Made by a program: the position numbers and the translations under genes. From a virus, in the IMG/VR virus record IMGVR_UViG_3300002036_000001, positions 72,506 to 98,866 of that record: a stretch of 26,361 bases of DNA; one strand, written 5' to 3'. This document shows, piece after piece, positions 18,227 through 26,359 of the stretch. The first letter of the stretch is position 1. Each line of letters begins with the position of its first letter. The notes below the pieces were generated by a model, which saw only the letters and a list, made by a program, of their open reading frames with translations, did no database searches and was not told the DNA's origin.

Positions 18227-18457
18227 AATATTATTTAAATTTATTAATTTAGTAAAGAGAGTGAGATTTAAACTTGCACAATAAGTAAGATCTTCTCTTT
18301 TTCTTGTTTTATCATATCCTTATATTATATAAGCCTTTTTTATCCCTTCTATCCACAATGGTAGTATATGCTCTTAGTGCAAATTACATATCATTGCTCA
18401 GTAGTTCTGGAATAAGCTTAGTTCATCTTCCAGATTTAATGATGAATACTTATATTA

Positions 18458-19219
18458 TTAATTTAATTCTTCTTTTAGTTTTTTTATAGTATCTAAAATA
18501 CCTTCTTCTTTTAAATCATTAAGTGAAAATCTTTTTGTATTATTAAAAATATATTTTTCAGCTAATTCTTTTTTAGAAAATTTAATAATATTTGAATTAT
18601 TATATTTAAGTAAATTATTCCAACTTTTTAAAGAACATTTATTTTTAAAAGGAAGGGTTTCTTTATTATATGTAAATATACCATCTACATTTATTATATA
18701 ATAATAAGTATCTCCTTCAAATAATTTTACATTATCTCGTGTAATAAATAAAGCTTCATTAACCCTTTTAGAGCCTTTTAAAGAGTATACAAAAGAATAA
18801 CTATCTCTTCCTGTTATTATTAAAATCCCTCCATGAATATATTCATCTATCTCCATTTTTTTAATAGGAGGGCTTTTCACATTATCAATTCCTCTTATTA
18901 CATCTCCTATTGTAAATATTTCATTATCTGAAAGTCTTTGTATAGAATGAATTTTCCAATATTTCCTTAAAGGAGAATCTTTACAATAATGATCTCTAAG
19001 ATTGTTTGAAAATTCTATTACTCTACCTTGATTAAAGTCAGGATTTTCTTTTGTAGCAGATAAAGCCAGTATCTTATAATTTCTTTCTACAAAAAGAATT
19101 TTCTGCCAAAAATCTGGATAATTTTTTAAACTTTTTTTTGTATTTTCCCAAGAATCATACAGCTCTGATCCTAAAGGAAGACTTCCAGGATATTCTTTAA
19201 TTAACTTGTATTTTTTCAT
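18458..19219 (-). CDS. hypothetical protein
   Basis: 253-aa ORF, start overlaps upstream stop. Confidence 0.8.
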   Translation of the reverse strand: MKKYKLIKEYPGSLPLGSELYDSWENTKKSLKNYPDFWQKILFVERNYKILALSATKENPDFNQGRVIEFSNNLRDHYCKDSPLRKYWKIHSIQRLSDNEIFTIGDVIRGIDNVKSPPIKKMEIDEYIHGGILIITGRDSYSFVYSLKGSKRVNEALFITRDNVKLFEGDTYYYIINVDGIFTYNKETLPFKNKCSLKSWNNLLKYNNSNIIKFSKKELAEKYIFNNTKRFSLNDLKEEGILDTIKKLKEELN

Positions 19220-19440
19220 ATATTTTCTTTCTTTCTAATTAATAAATGAATAGTTAAATTTAACATATCTTCCATATGTTTTTTACCTACTTCTGTTTCT
19301 TCTTGAATTTCTTGGGCAAGTTCTCTTCTTGTAAAAGATCCTTGAGAAGTTGTTAATAAATGTTTATCTAACTCTTCTTTTTTGACATTTAATAATCTTC
19401 TAACTATATGTTCCTTTAATCTTTTTACTAAATCTTCCAT
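19216..19440 (-). CDS. hypothetical protein
   Basis: 74-aa coupled ORF. Confidence 0.7.
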   Translation of the reverse strand: MEDLVKRLKEHIVRRLLNVKKEELDKHLLTTSQGSFTRRELAQEIQEETEVGKKHMEDMLNLTIHLLIRKKENI

Positions 19441-19635
19441 TTATTTATTTTTAGATATTATATAAACTTGTTCTATTATTCTTAATTTAATTACTTTAAT
19501 AGTAAAAGCTGAAAATAGATGAGATTCATATTTGAAAATTGCTTCAATTGAATTCTTAAAGAGTTTAATATCTTTTAAATTATCTAATTGCTCTATTAAT
19601 TTTAATAATTCTATTAAGCTATATGTTACTCTCAT
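19441..19635 (-). CDS. hypothetical protein
   Basis: 64-aa coupled ORF. Confidence 0.6.
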   Translation of the reverse strand: MRVTYSLIELLKLIEQLDNLKDIKLFKNSIEAIFKYESHLFSAFTIKVIKLRIIEQVYIISKNK

Positions 19636-19765
19636 TTGTTATAATATTATGAGAGAAAAAAGATTTCTTATAATAAGAATTTTGAGATCTTCTTTGTATG
19701 TAGTCTTTAGTAGATATTCCTTGACTACTTCTTTCAAAAGTTACTTTTTGTATTCTTGTTCTCAT
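19619..19765 (-). CDS. small hypothetical protein (48 aa, MRTRIQK...)
   Basis: ATG 19765 follows the upstream stop; the longer start overlaps the upstream gene. Confidence 0.45.
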   Translation of the reverse strand: MRTRIQKVTFERSSQGISTKDYIQRRSQNSYYKKSFFSHNIITNESNI

Positions 19766-19772
19766 GAATTTA

Positions 19773-20234
19773 TTAATTATAAGGCTTTCCATTAGGACGT
19801 AAATTATTCTTCCTATATTCAGCTCTTGATTGTACATTTACTCTGTTCCTACTATTTAAATTATAGGGAGTTCTCTTCTTTTTTATTTTTATATCTTTTT
19901 CAAAAATTATTCTTTCTTTTTGTTCTTTTTTATACAATAATAATCTTACTAAAGTAAATACTATTATTTTATTATCTTTGTAGACCATTACAGTATGATT
20001 TCCTAAATTAAAATTAAATAAAGGTATATCAGTATTTCTAAAATGAGATACTTCTTTAGAAGGTCTTATTATAGATATTAAATGAATATTAGTTCCCTTT
20101 ATAATTAAAGAGTCTTTTGTTGTATTTAAATCATGATATAAATCTTTAGCTTCTATATTTATATTTTTAACTAATTTACTATATTCTTGACTAAAAGCAT
20201 TTATAGATATAAAAAATATTAATAAATATTTCAT
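19773..20234 (-). CDS. secreted hypothetical protein
   Basis: Signal peptide MKYLLIFFISINAFS-Q. Confidence 0.7.
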   Translation of the reverse strand: MKYLLIFFISINAFSQEYSKLVKNINIEAKDLYHDLNTTKDSLIIKGTNIHLISIIRPSKEVSHFRNTDIPLFNFNLGNHTVMVYKDNKIIVFTLVRLLLYKKEQKERIIFEKDIKIKKKRTPYNLNSRNRVNVQSRAEYRKNNLRPNGKPYN

Positions 20235-20263
20235 ATTTTTTTAACTGTGCTAGATTTTTTATT

Positions 20264-20527
20264 TTAATTACTAATTAATTTATTTAATTCTTTTAATTCT
20301 ATATTTAACTTTTTTATTTTATCTTTAGTTTCTACTATAACTTCTTTAATAGTTTGACCACTTGGATTTTTAGTACATAATAATTCTATTAAAGATTTTT
20401 TAGTCATTATCATACATGTTCTTAAAGATTTTTCTATAGTCTCTAACCATCTTTCTTGCTTCTTAATTTTTAATTCTACTTCACACTTATTAACAAAGTT
20501 CATATTTATTTTTATATTCTTTTCCAT
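20264..20527 (-). CDS. hypothetical coiled-coil protein
   Basis: 87-aa ORF. Confidence 0.6.
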   Translation of the reverse strand: MEKNIKINMNFVNKCEVELKIKKQERWLETIEKSLRTCMIMTKKSLIELLCTKNPSGQTIKEVIVETKDKIKKLNIELKELNKLISN

Positions 20528-20975
20528 TTTTTATTATTTTTAGTGATTCTTGTAACCCTTTTTCTAGAGCTTCTTCGTACGTTTTAAAATCCCTTTCTAA
20601 GTCAGAATTAGAATAAGATATAAGAGGTATATACTTTCCTTTAGTATCAATATCTGTACCTACTTTAGATATTTCATAATCCCACACTACTAAATCTTGA
20701 TAAGTTAAAAAATCAGATATACTTATTGTAATTTTATATTCTTCCCTTAACCATTTTTGTAATAACGATTGAGTAGGTGCTCTAAATTCATTTATATTAT
20801 AAAAAGTATCTTCATACCCTTTCATATTTTTAAACTGACTTAACCAATTTCTATTATCTTTTTTTATGTCTTGATATTTTGGCGTATTGTAATAAAATAC
20901 ACAATTTTCATTAAACCCTAATTCTTTAGCTAACTTAGCTGTTTCAAAACTTACTAATTGTAAGGTAGATCTCAC
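20490..20975 (-). CDS. hypothetical protein, SFETAKLAKELGF/APTQSLLQKW family copy 1
   Basis: Motifs shared with two paralogs in the window; GTG start uncertain. Confidence 0.7.
   Translation of the reverse strand: MRSTLQLVSFETAKLAKELGFNENCVFYYNTPKYQDIKKDNRNWLSQFKNMKGYEDTFYNINEFRAPTQSLLQKWLREEYKITISISDFLTYQDLVVWDYEISKVGTDIDTKGKYIPLISYSNSDLERDFKTYEEALEKGLQESLKIIKNGKEYKNKYELC
20913..20956. repeat. 44-nt exact repeat, copy 1
   Basis: aaaccctaattctttagctaacttagctgtttcaaaacttacta, also at 25021-25064 and 26318-26361. Confidence 0.95.
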
Positions 20976-21162
20976 CTTTTATAATTTACCCCAAATGTAT
21001 TTTATAACTGTAGATTTAAATTCAACGTTTTGATTTTTTAAAACTACCGTTTAACCAGTTACTCATACTATCTAATAAAAGGTATGGATCGTCACAATGG
21101 GTTTGTAGTTTTTATTTTTATATAATATAATTATATATATTATATATTATACTTTTATTTAT

Positions 21163-21384
21163 TTATATAAATAATTTTTTCTTTAAAGCTTCTTTTGTTT
21201 TTCCTATAAGAGATTCTCTCATTGTTATTCTATTATCTCCTAAAAAGGATAATTTATACTCTACTAAAGTTCTTTTATTATAAATATCTTTTCTTATTTC
21301 AATTGATTTAACAATTGCTTTTATAGGTAATTTCATTGGAGGAATTACCCATACTTCTTCATCTATATTAAACTCTGTACTCAT
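21163..21384 (-). CDS. hypothetical protein
   Basis: 73-aa ORF. Confidence 0.7.
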   Translation of the reverse strand: MSTEFNIDEEVWVIPPMKLPIKAIVKSIEIRKDIYNKRTLVEYKLSFLGDNRITMRESLIGKTKEALKKKLFI

Positions 21385-21406
21385 ATTGTTATTTTTTAGC
21401 TATATA

Positions 21407-21454
21407 AATAAACTATAGTATATATAGTATATATAGTATACACTATAGTTTATT
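21407..21454. repeat. inverted repeat enclosing tandem TATAGTATA units
   Basis: aataaactatagt (21407-21419) / actatagtttatt (21442-21454). Confidence 0.8.
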
Positions 21455-21496
21455 ATATTTCTTTTTTGCTACTTTTTTCTTTGTTAAATGTTATTT

Positions 21497-21712
21497 TTAA
21501 ACTATTAATTTCTTCTTATCGTACTTACCTCTTTTAAAAACTTGTTTTAAATATTGATTCTTGTGATAGCTTAAAGGCTTTATATCTTCAATCTTTTTAA
21601 TTCCCTTTACAGAAATAGTTAATTTTTCTTTTTTTATATTATCTTGTTTTTTTTGTGCATTTATGTTATTTATTCCAAATAACATAATTAAAAGTATAAT
21701 AAAATGTTTCAT
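21497..21712 (-). CDS. small secreted protein
   Basis: Signal peptide ending NINA-Q. Confidence 0.65.
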   Translation of the reverse strand: MKHFIILLIMLFGINNINAQKKQDNIKKEKLTISVKGIKKIEDIKPLSYHKNQYLKQVFKRGKYDKKKLIV

Positions 21713-21722
21713 AATATTCTAT

Positions 21723-21909
21723 ATTAATTTATAATGTGTTGTTACACCAAAAGGCTTCATTTTTCAATGCTGAGTATTTAACTCAGTTTCCTCTATTTAT
21801 CTACCGTAATACTAGCAATCAATCTTTTACCAATTGCGCCTTCTTACCTGTAGTAGTGACCTACTCTTTAAAAGATGGCTACTTTCAAGCCTACTTTTTA
21901 GAAACTAAT
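21723..21909 (-). ncRNA. putative structured RNA resembling 23S rRNA H43-H44 (uL11-binding site)
   Basis: GUAGGCUUGAAAGUAGCCAUCUUUUAAAGAGU...GGUGUAACAACAC, closed by AUUAGUUU/AAAUUAAU; intergenic. Confidence 0.65.
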
Positions 21910-21919
21910 TTAATAAATA

Positions 21920-22075
21920 TTAATCTTTGCCATCGTCTATAGTACCAGCATCTGCACCTCCTGTTAAAGAGTTTAAATCCTCTTGTTCTTCTTCTACTAC
22001 TGTATCATTAGTAGGTGTACAAGATGTTGCAAAAAATACTACAGTTAATAATAATATATATTTTAATAATTTCAT
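21920..22075 (-). CDS. 51-aa acidic lipoprotein
   Basis: MKLLKYILLLTVVFFATS-CTPTNDTVVEEEQEDLNSLTGGADAGTIDDGKD; lipobox; not in the ORF track. Confidence 0.75.
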   Translation of the reverse strand: MKLLKYILLLTVVFFATSCTPTNDTVVEEEQEDLNSLTGGADAGTIDDGKD

Positions 22076-22134
22076 AAGGGTTAATTTAATTTGTTAATAA
22101 TTTGTTTGTTTACTTTTAATTTATTTATATTTTA

Positions 22135-22395
22135 TTATTTACAATTAATACTAAAATATAAATTATCTTCAATATGTTCTTTTTCTACCTCATCTTCACA
22201 ACCGACTTCTTCTTCTCCTAGTATTACTTCTGTAATTACAGGTGGTTTATGTTGTTGAACTGTTCCAGCAGGTTCAATTTTTACAGTTATTTCATATAAT
22301 GTTCTTGTACATTCACAATCTGTAGTATTATCATCATTTTGACAACTTGTTAATGTGATAATTGAAAGTACTAATAATATTAATAAATTTTTCAT
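22135..22395 (-). CDS. Cys-rich lipoprotein, paralog A
   Basis: LTS-CQNDD lipobox; CECT, GC.DE, terminal C. Confidence 0.8.
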   Translation of the reverse strand: MKNLLILLVLSIITLTSCQNDDNTTDCECTRTLYEITVKIEPAGTVQQHKPPVITEVILGEEEVGCEDEVEKEHIEDNLYFSINCK

Positions 22396-22408
22396 TTTTT
22401 TACTATTT

Positions 22409-22552
22409 TTATTTTATTGTTTTTAAGGTATCTGATCTATAAGACATTATATCAAAAGTTACTCCTGACATAGGTTTGTTTATATATGTTTTATGTATTA
22501 ATTCACCTCTAAAGTAGATATAACACTCGTTTCCTATAACTATACTTTTCAT
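22409..22552 (-). CDS. small hypothetical protein (47 aa, MKSIVIGNEC...)
   Basis: Fills the gap between the two lipoprotein genes; not in the ORF track. Confidence 0.55.
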   Translation of the reverse strand: MKSIVIGNECYIYFRGELIHKTYINKPMSGVTFDIMSYRSDTLKTIK

Positions 22553-22553
22553 T

Positions 22554-22793
22554 TTACTTATTACATTTTATATTGTAAAATACTTGTTCATTTATAAATA
22601 TCTCATATTCTTCATCTGTACATCCTATTTGCCATTCTCCAACTGTATGTATAGAGCTTGTTTGAGAATCTGTGTCAGAATTAGTTATTATTTCATAATA
22701 TGTTTTAGTACACTCACAATTAAATAATTCTTCTTCTTCTTGACAACTTAATAAAGATAAAGTTATTATTAAAGTTAAAACTATTCTTTCCAT
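22554..22793 (-). CDS. Cys-rich lipoprotein, paralog B
   Basis: LLS-CQEEEE lipobox; CECT, GC.DE, terminal C. Confidence 0.8.
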   Translation of the reverse strand: MERIVLTLIITLSLLSCQEEEELFNCECTKTYYEIITNSDTDSQTSSIHTVGEWQIGCTDEEYEIFINEQVFYNIKCNK

Positions 22794-23053
22794 TTTTTAA
22801 AATTGTTTTGAATTACTTTACATTTTTTATCTATACATTCTTTTATATAAATAATAGAGATATAATCTTCCTTTTTGATCTGTATTTTTTTAAATACATT
22901 GCAAATTTTAATACTATCTACTTTTATAGCTAGTACTTTTCCGTTTCTTTTTTTCCAAATTTTAGTAATATTCCCTGATACTATAAACTCTTCATTTTGT
23001 GAATTTATATCTATTGAAAATAATACTATTAATATTATTATTAATGTTTTCAT
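22781..23053 (-). CDS. secreted hypothetical protein
   Basis: Signal peptide ending DINS-Q. Confidence 0.65.
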   Translation of the reverse strand: MKTLIIILIVLFSIDINSQNEEFIVSGNITKIWKKRNGKVLAIKVDSIKICNVFKKIQIKKEDYISIIYIKECIDKKCKVIQNNFKKWKE

Positions 23054-23484
23054 AGTAATTGAATAAACTTTTCTACTAAATATAATTTTGGAAAAAAAGT
23101 AACTTTTATTGTATTAAATATATTCCAAAAAAATGTTATAATTACAAATATATTAGTTATTGAAATTATCATACCTCCATAAAAACTCCCACCTCCATCC
23201 CAATCTTCTTCTATAGCTTTTTTTCCTATTTTAACAGAAACAACAGATATTATTATACAAACTATAATCATAAACCATCCTTGTACTGCTTCAAAAATTA
23301 AATATTGCTGAATTACTTCGGGAATTTGTTCTAATGTCCAATCAACTCCTTTTTCAATTCCATCTAATAGTTTTTCAATATAAGGTTTTATAAGTTCTTC
23401 AAAAGATTTTTCAACTTTCTTTTCTCCTTGAGAAAAAGTTAAATTAGTTATTAACATTAGTAGTACTATTATTATTTTTTTCAT
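23050..23484 (-). CDS. membrane protein
   Basis: Signal peptide plus two transmembrane segments. Confidence 0.75.
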   Translation of the reverse strand: MKKIIIVLLMLITNLTFSQGEKKVEKSFEELIKPYIEKLLDGIEKGVDWTLEQIPEVIQQYLIFEAVQGWFMIIVCIIISVVSVKIGKKAIEEDWDGGGSFYGGMIISITNIFVIITFFWNIFNTIKVTFFPKLYLVEKFIQLL

Positions 23485-23705
23485 TTTGCTATGTTTTTAA
23501 TTATAAACCTATTATAACTAGGATTACTTAAATGTTGTATATACCACAATTTTTGATTTATATCTAAAAAATCATATTTTTTATTACAAAAAATGTGTTT
23601 CCATTTCTTTTTAAACTTTCTTGGAACTCTTTTAAAATTAAAATGAGGTGTTTTTCCAAAGTTTTTAGGAATTGTAAAATGTTTATCTAAGTTTTTATAC
23701 TCCAT
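23481..23705 (-). CDS. basic hypothetical protein
   Basis: 74 aa, RVPRKFKKK. Confidence 0.65.
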   Translation of the reverse strand: MEYKNLDKHFTIPKNFGKTPHFNFKRVPRKFKKKWKHIFCNKKYDFLDINQKLWYIQHLSNPSYNRFIIKNIAK

Positions 23706-23944
23706 TATTTATTAATTTTTAGTGTATCTCCAACTTTTATATTACTTTTACAAGGAATTATAATTACTGTTTCTGAGTCTGAATATCTACTTTGAAAACT
23801 AACTTCGCATTCCATAATTTCTTTATCTATCACTTTTTTTATAACTACTCCTTTTTCCATTAATCTTACAGGAAAACTATATCCAAGGTATGCAACAAAA
23901 CACATTCCTATTAGGAATGATATTATTAATCTTAATATTTCCAT
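23705..23944 (-). CDS. membrane-anchored hypothetical protein
   Basis: N-terminal hydrophobic helix. Confidence 0.65.
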   Translation of the reverse strand: MEILRLIISFLIGMCFVAYLGYSFPVRLMEKGVVIKKVIDKEIMECEVSFQSRYSDSETVIIIPCKSNIKVGDTLKINK

Positions 23945-23948
23945 ATTT

Positions 23949-24212
23949 TTAATATTTTTTAGTATATTTAATAAGAAGAATTAACCAAATAAAATTAGCT
24001 ATACATAAAAATATAGAACCAACCAAACTAAGTGATAAATTATTACAAGAATAAAATATTAAGTTCCATACTCCCCAGATAGTGAAGAATCCAACAGTTA
24101 ACCAATTTACTCCTTTTACTTCCTTCTCTTTTATTATATTTTTTATACTAGGGATTATAAATAAAAAACCTAGAAATTCAAAAAATCCATTGATTAAATC
24201 TGTTATATTCAT
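23949..24212 (-). CDS. PQ-loop / SemiSWEET-like three-helix membrane protein
   Basis: IIPSIKNIIKEKEVKGVNW pattern and three hydrophobic helices in 87 aa. Confidence 0.65.
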   Translation of the reverse strand: MNITDLINGFFEFLGFLFIIPSIKNIIKEKEVKGVNWLTVGFFTIWGVWNLIFYSCNNLSLSLVGSIFLCIANFIWLILLIKYTKKY

Positions 24213-24218
24213 TTTATT

Positions 24219-24689
24219 CTATTTTTTAATTCGTATTAAATGTGGAGCTATTCCAACACCTTTACCATCAGAAATATCTTGTATGGTTAATTCTACAATT
24301 TCTTTTTTAGGTAGTTCTTTAGCATATTCCCATGGAACACAGATAAGACTATTCTTAGATTCTTTTAATGTTTCAGACCTATTCCAAGCAATATATTTAT
24401 TTTTCTTTTTAGCGAATACAACTCTTTTATACCAATCACTATTATTATTATTACTAACCAACATTACCCTTTCTTTAAAAGGTTCTTCTGGTAGTTCGAT
24501 TATATTAATATCTTTTGTAGATATTGATGGTAAATTGTACCAAAAATTAAATTTTCCTTTTATCACTCCATAATAGGAATTTATACTATGTCCTTTATAT
24601 CCAAGAGTATTCACACCTTTAGATTTAAAAAATTCTATTACTTTTTTACTATGTTCTGTATCAAGAACTTTAATTACTGTGTTATCCAT
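24219..24689 (-). CDS. hypothetical protein
   Basis: 156-aa ORF. Confidence 0.75.
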   Translation of the reverse strand: MDNTVIKVLDTEHSKKVIEFFKSKGVNTLGYKGHSINSYYGVIKGKFNFWYNLPSISTKDINIIELPEEPFKERVMLVSNNNNSDWYKRVVFAKKKNKYIAWNRSETLKESKNSLICVPWEYAKELPKKEIVELTIQDISDGKGVGIAPHLIRIKK

Positions 24690-25932
24690 TTTTTATTATT
24701 TTTAGTGCTTCTTGTAGTCCTTTTTCTAAGGCTTGTTCGTATTTAAGATAGTCATATGTTTTACCTTGATCTAATATCACATTCGTTCCATCTTTATAAC
24801 CTACGCAATAATTAAACTTCTGACTGGTATATAAAGCGATTGGAGCGTCTACATAAATACCATGTTTCTCCCTTAACCATCTTTGAAGTAATGATTGGGG
24901 TGGTGCAGACATACTCGTAGGATTATTACTATTTTTATGCTCCTCGTATCTCTCACATCTATATAAACCAAGCTCTTTTGTAATATCATTATATCCATAA
25001 AAATCCACACATTCGATATCAAACCCTAATTCTTTAGCTAACTTAGCTGTTTCAAAACTTACTATAATATGAGCTTTAGTAATATTAGTTTTCAACTGTT
25101 TAGTTCTCGACACGATAGAATTTAATACAACAAAAGCTTTCTCTTGTTCATCTTTATCCATACCTTTCAGTACACCAAGTAATTTACTCTTCTCGTCTTT
25201 ACCGTAAGGTTGTCCTTCCGCTAGTTTCTCGATCAATCCTTTCTCCTTTTCTTCTCCTAAGTTTTTCAAATGCTTAAATACTTCGTAAGTAGCTACTACA
25301 TCTCTTTCGCAATACTCAGATATCCTTTGAATATTATTCTCAGGGTCTTTCCAGAAGTACTTAGGTACGTCCTTTCCTTGCAAATCTTGTTTAGGAGAAG
25401 GTAATCCTAAAACCGTACTGATTCCTAATAAAGATGATCTGTTAAAACTTGTTCCTTGCCATAATTCTTTAGTGTCTAATATCCAATCCATTGTCCACGG
25501 TTTTTCTCCTGACGTATCCATCAAAGGATGGGGTCGGAGATTATGAACATATCCTCGCTGTGCGATATAAGGGATATCAAATTGTTTAATAGCGTGACCA
25601 CATAACTTAATAGTACTTTTAACACTTTCTAACATTGCGTAGAATTCACTTATTAATTTATCTTCTCTAAGGTTATTAAACGTCTTAGTTTGAAATCCTT
25701 TTTTAGATAACATACCTACAGATATACATACTATTCTACCGAATTCTGGATAGAGAGCAGCTTCTGTAGCGTACATATCGATTAGTTCTTTGTCTGTCTC
25801 ACCGTTTCTTCTCTTCTTATACTCCCAAGAATCGAACAAGGGAGTATCTAGTTGTAATTCACTAACTGTAGTAGAGGTTTCGATGTCTAAGAATAGAACA
25901 TTTTTTAAATCTATTTTATCTAGTACTTTCAT
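24682..25932 (-). CDS. DEDD 3'-5' exonuclease (PolB-exo-like) fused to SFETAKLAKELGF family copy 2
   Basis: FLDIET, GHAIKQFDIPY, LDT, YCERDV; C-terminal ~125 aa paralogous to 20490-20975. Confidence 0.85.
   Translation of the reverse strand: MKVLDKIDLKNVLFLDIETSTTVSELQLDTPLFDSWEYKKRRNGETDKELIDMYATEAALYPEFGRIVCISVGMLSKKGFQTKTFNNLREDKLISEFYAMLESVKSTIKLCGHAIKQFDIPYIAQRGYVHNLRPHPLMDTSGEKPWTMDWILDTKELWQGTSFNRSSLLGISTVLGLPSPKQDLQGKDVPKYFWKDPENNIQRISEYCERDVVATYEVFKHLKNLGEEKEKGLIEKLAEGQPYGKDEKSKLLGVLKGMDKDEQEKAFVVLNSIVSRTKQLKTNITKAHIIVSFETAKLAKELGFDIECVDFYGYNDITKELGLYRCERYEEHKNSNNPTSMSAPPQSLLQRWLREKHGIYVDAPIALYTSQKFNYCVGYKDGTNVILDQGKTYDYLKYEQALEKGLQEALKIIKNG
25021..25064. repeat. 44-nt exact repeat, copy 2
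   Basis: Identical to 20913-20956. Confidence 0.95.
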
Positions 25933-26359
25933 TATTTTTTATTATTTTTAGTGATCTTTTCAATAATTCTTCTACAATATCTTCATCTACTTCCCAATCT
26001 GATCTAATCACGTGTACGTCTAATCTTAATATCTCTTTACCGTCATGATTTCTATAGTCTACGATAACGGCTTCCATATTTATATAATCTATGTACGCAT
26101 ATATGCCAAATTTCATTCTCATCCACTTTTGAAGTAATGATTGAGTTGGTGCTAATGTATGTGCTTTAGATTGATAAAATCGTCTTACAGTTGACCAACT
26201 TCTTCCTTCATAGTTAAGCTCTTCTTCGGTTTGTATAGATTCCAATGCACTTTCTTCTGTATCAGTTTTTCTAATATTTTCTCGCCAAATATTATAAGCT
26301 TGTAAACAATCTATATCAAACCCTAATTCTTTAGCTAACTTAGCTGTTTCAAAACTTAC
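25916..26359 (-). CDS. SFETAKLAKELGF family copy 3 (5' partial)
   Basis: Frame is open from the window edge: VSFETAKLAKELGFDIDCLQAYNIW...APTQSLLQKW; the TTG at 26245 is internal. Confidence 0.8.
   Translation of the reverse strand, partial: VSFETAKLAKELGFDIDCLQAYNIWRENIRKTDTEESALESIQTEEELNYEGRSWSTVRRFYQSKAHTLAPTQSLLQKWMRMKFGIYAYIDYINMEAVIVDYRNHDGKEILRLDVHVIRSDWEVDEDIVEELLKRSLKIIKNNESTR

Noticed and set aside
18254-18300. tRNA (GTTTAAATC resembles a T-loop)
   Set aside because: No D arm, anticodon arm or proper cloverleaf could be built.
21040-21112. Hammerhead ribozyme (UGACGA)
   Set aside because: No CUGANGA core with a correctly placed GAAA.
21723-21909. Genuine rRNA gene or host contamination
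   Set aside because: Similarity is limited to two short segments split by an insert, and flanks are phage genes.
4494-24573. Plus-strand ORFs in the track (4494, 8542, 9843, 10531, 12533, 16791, 18304, 19532, 21736, 22875, 24082)
   Set aside because: Mostly antisense shadows of good minus-strand genes or the RNA element, with no recognisable motifs.
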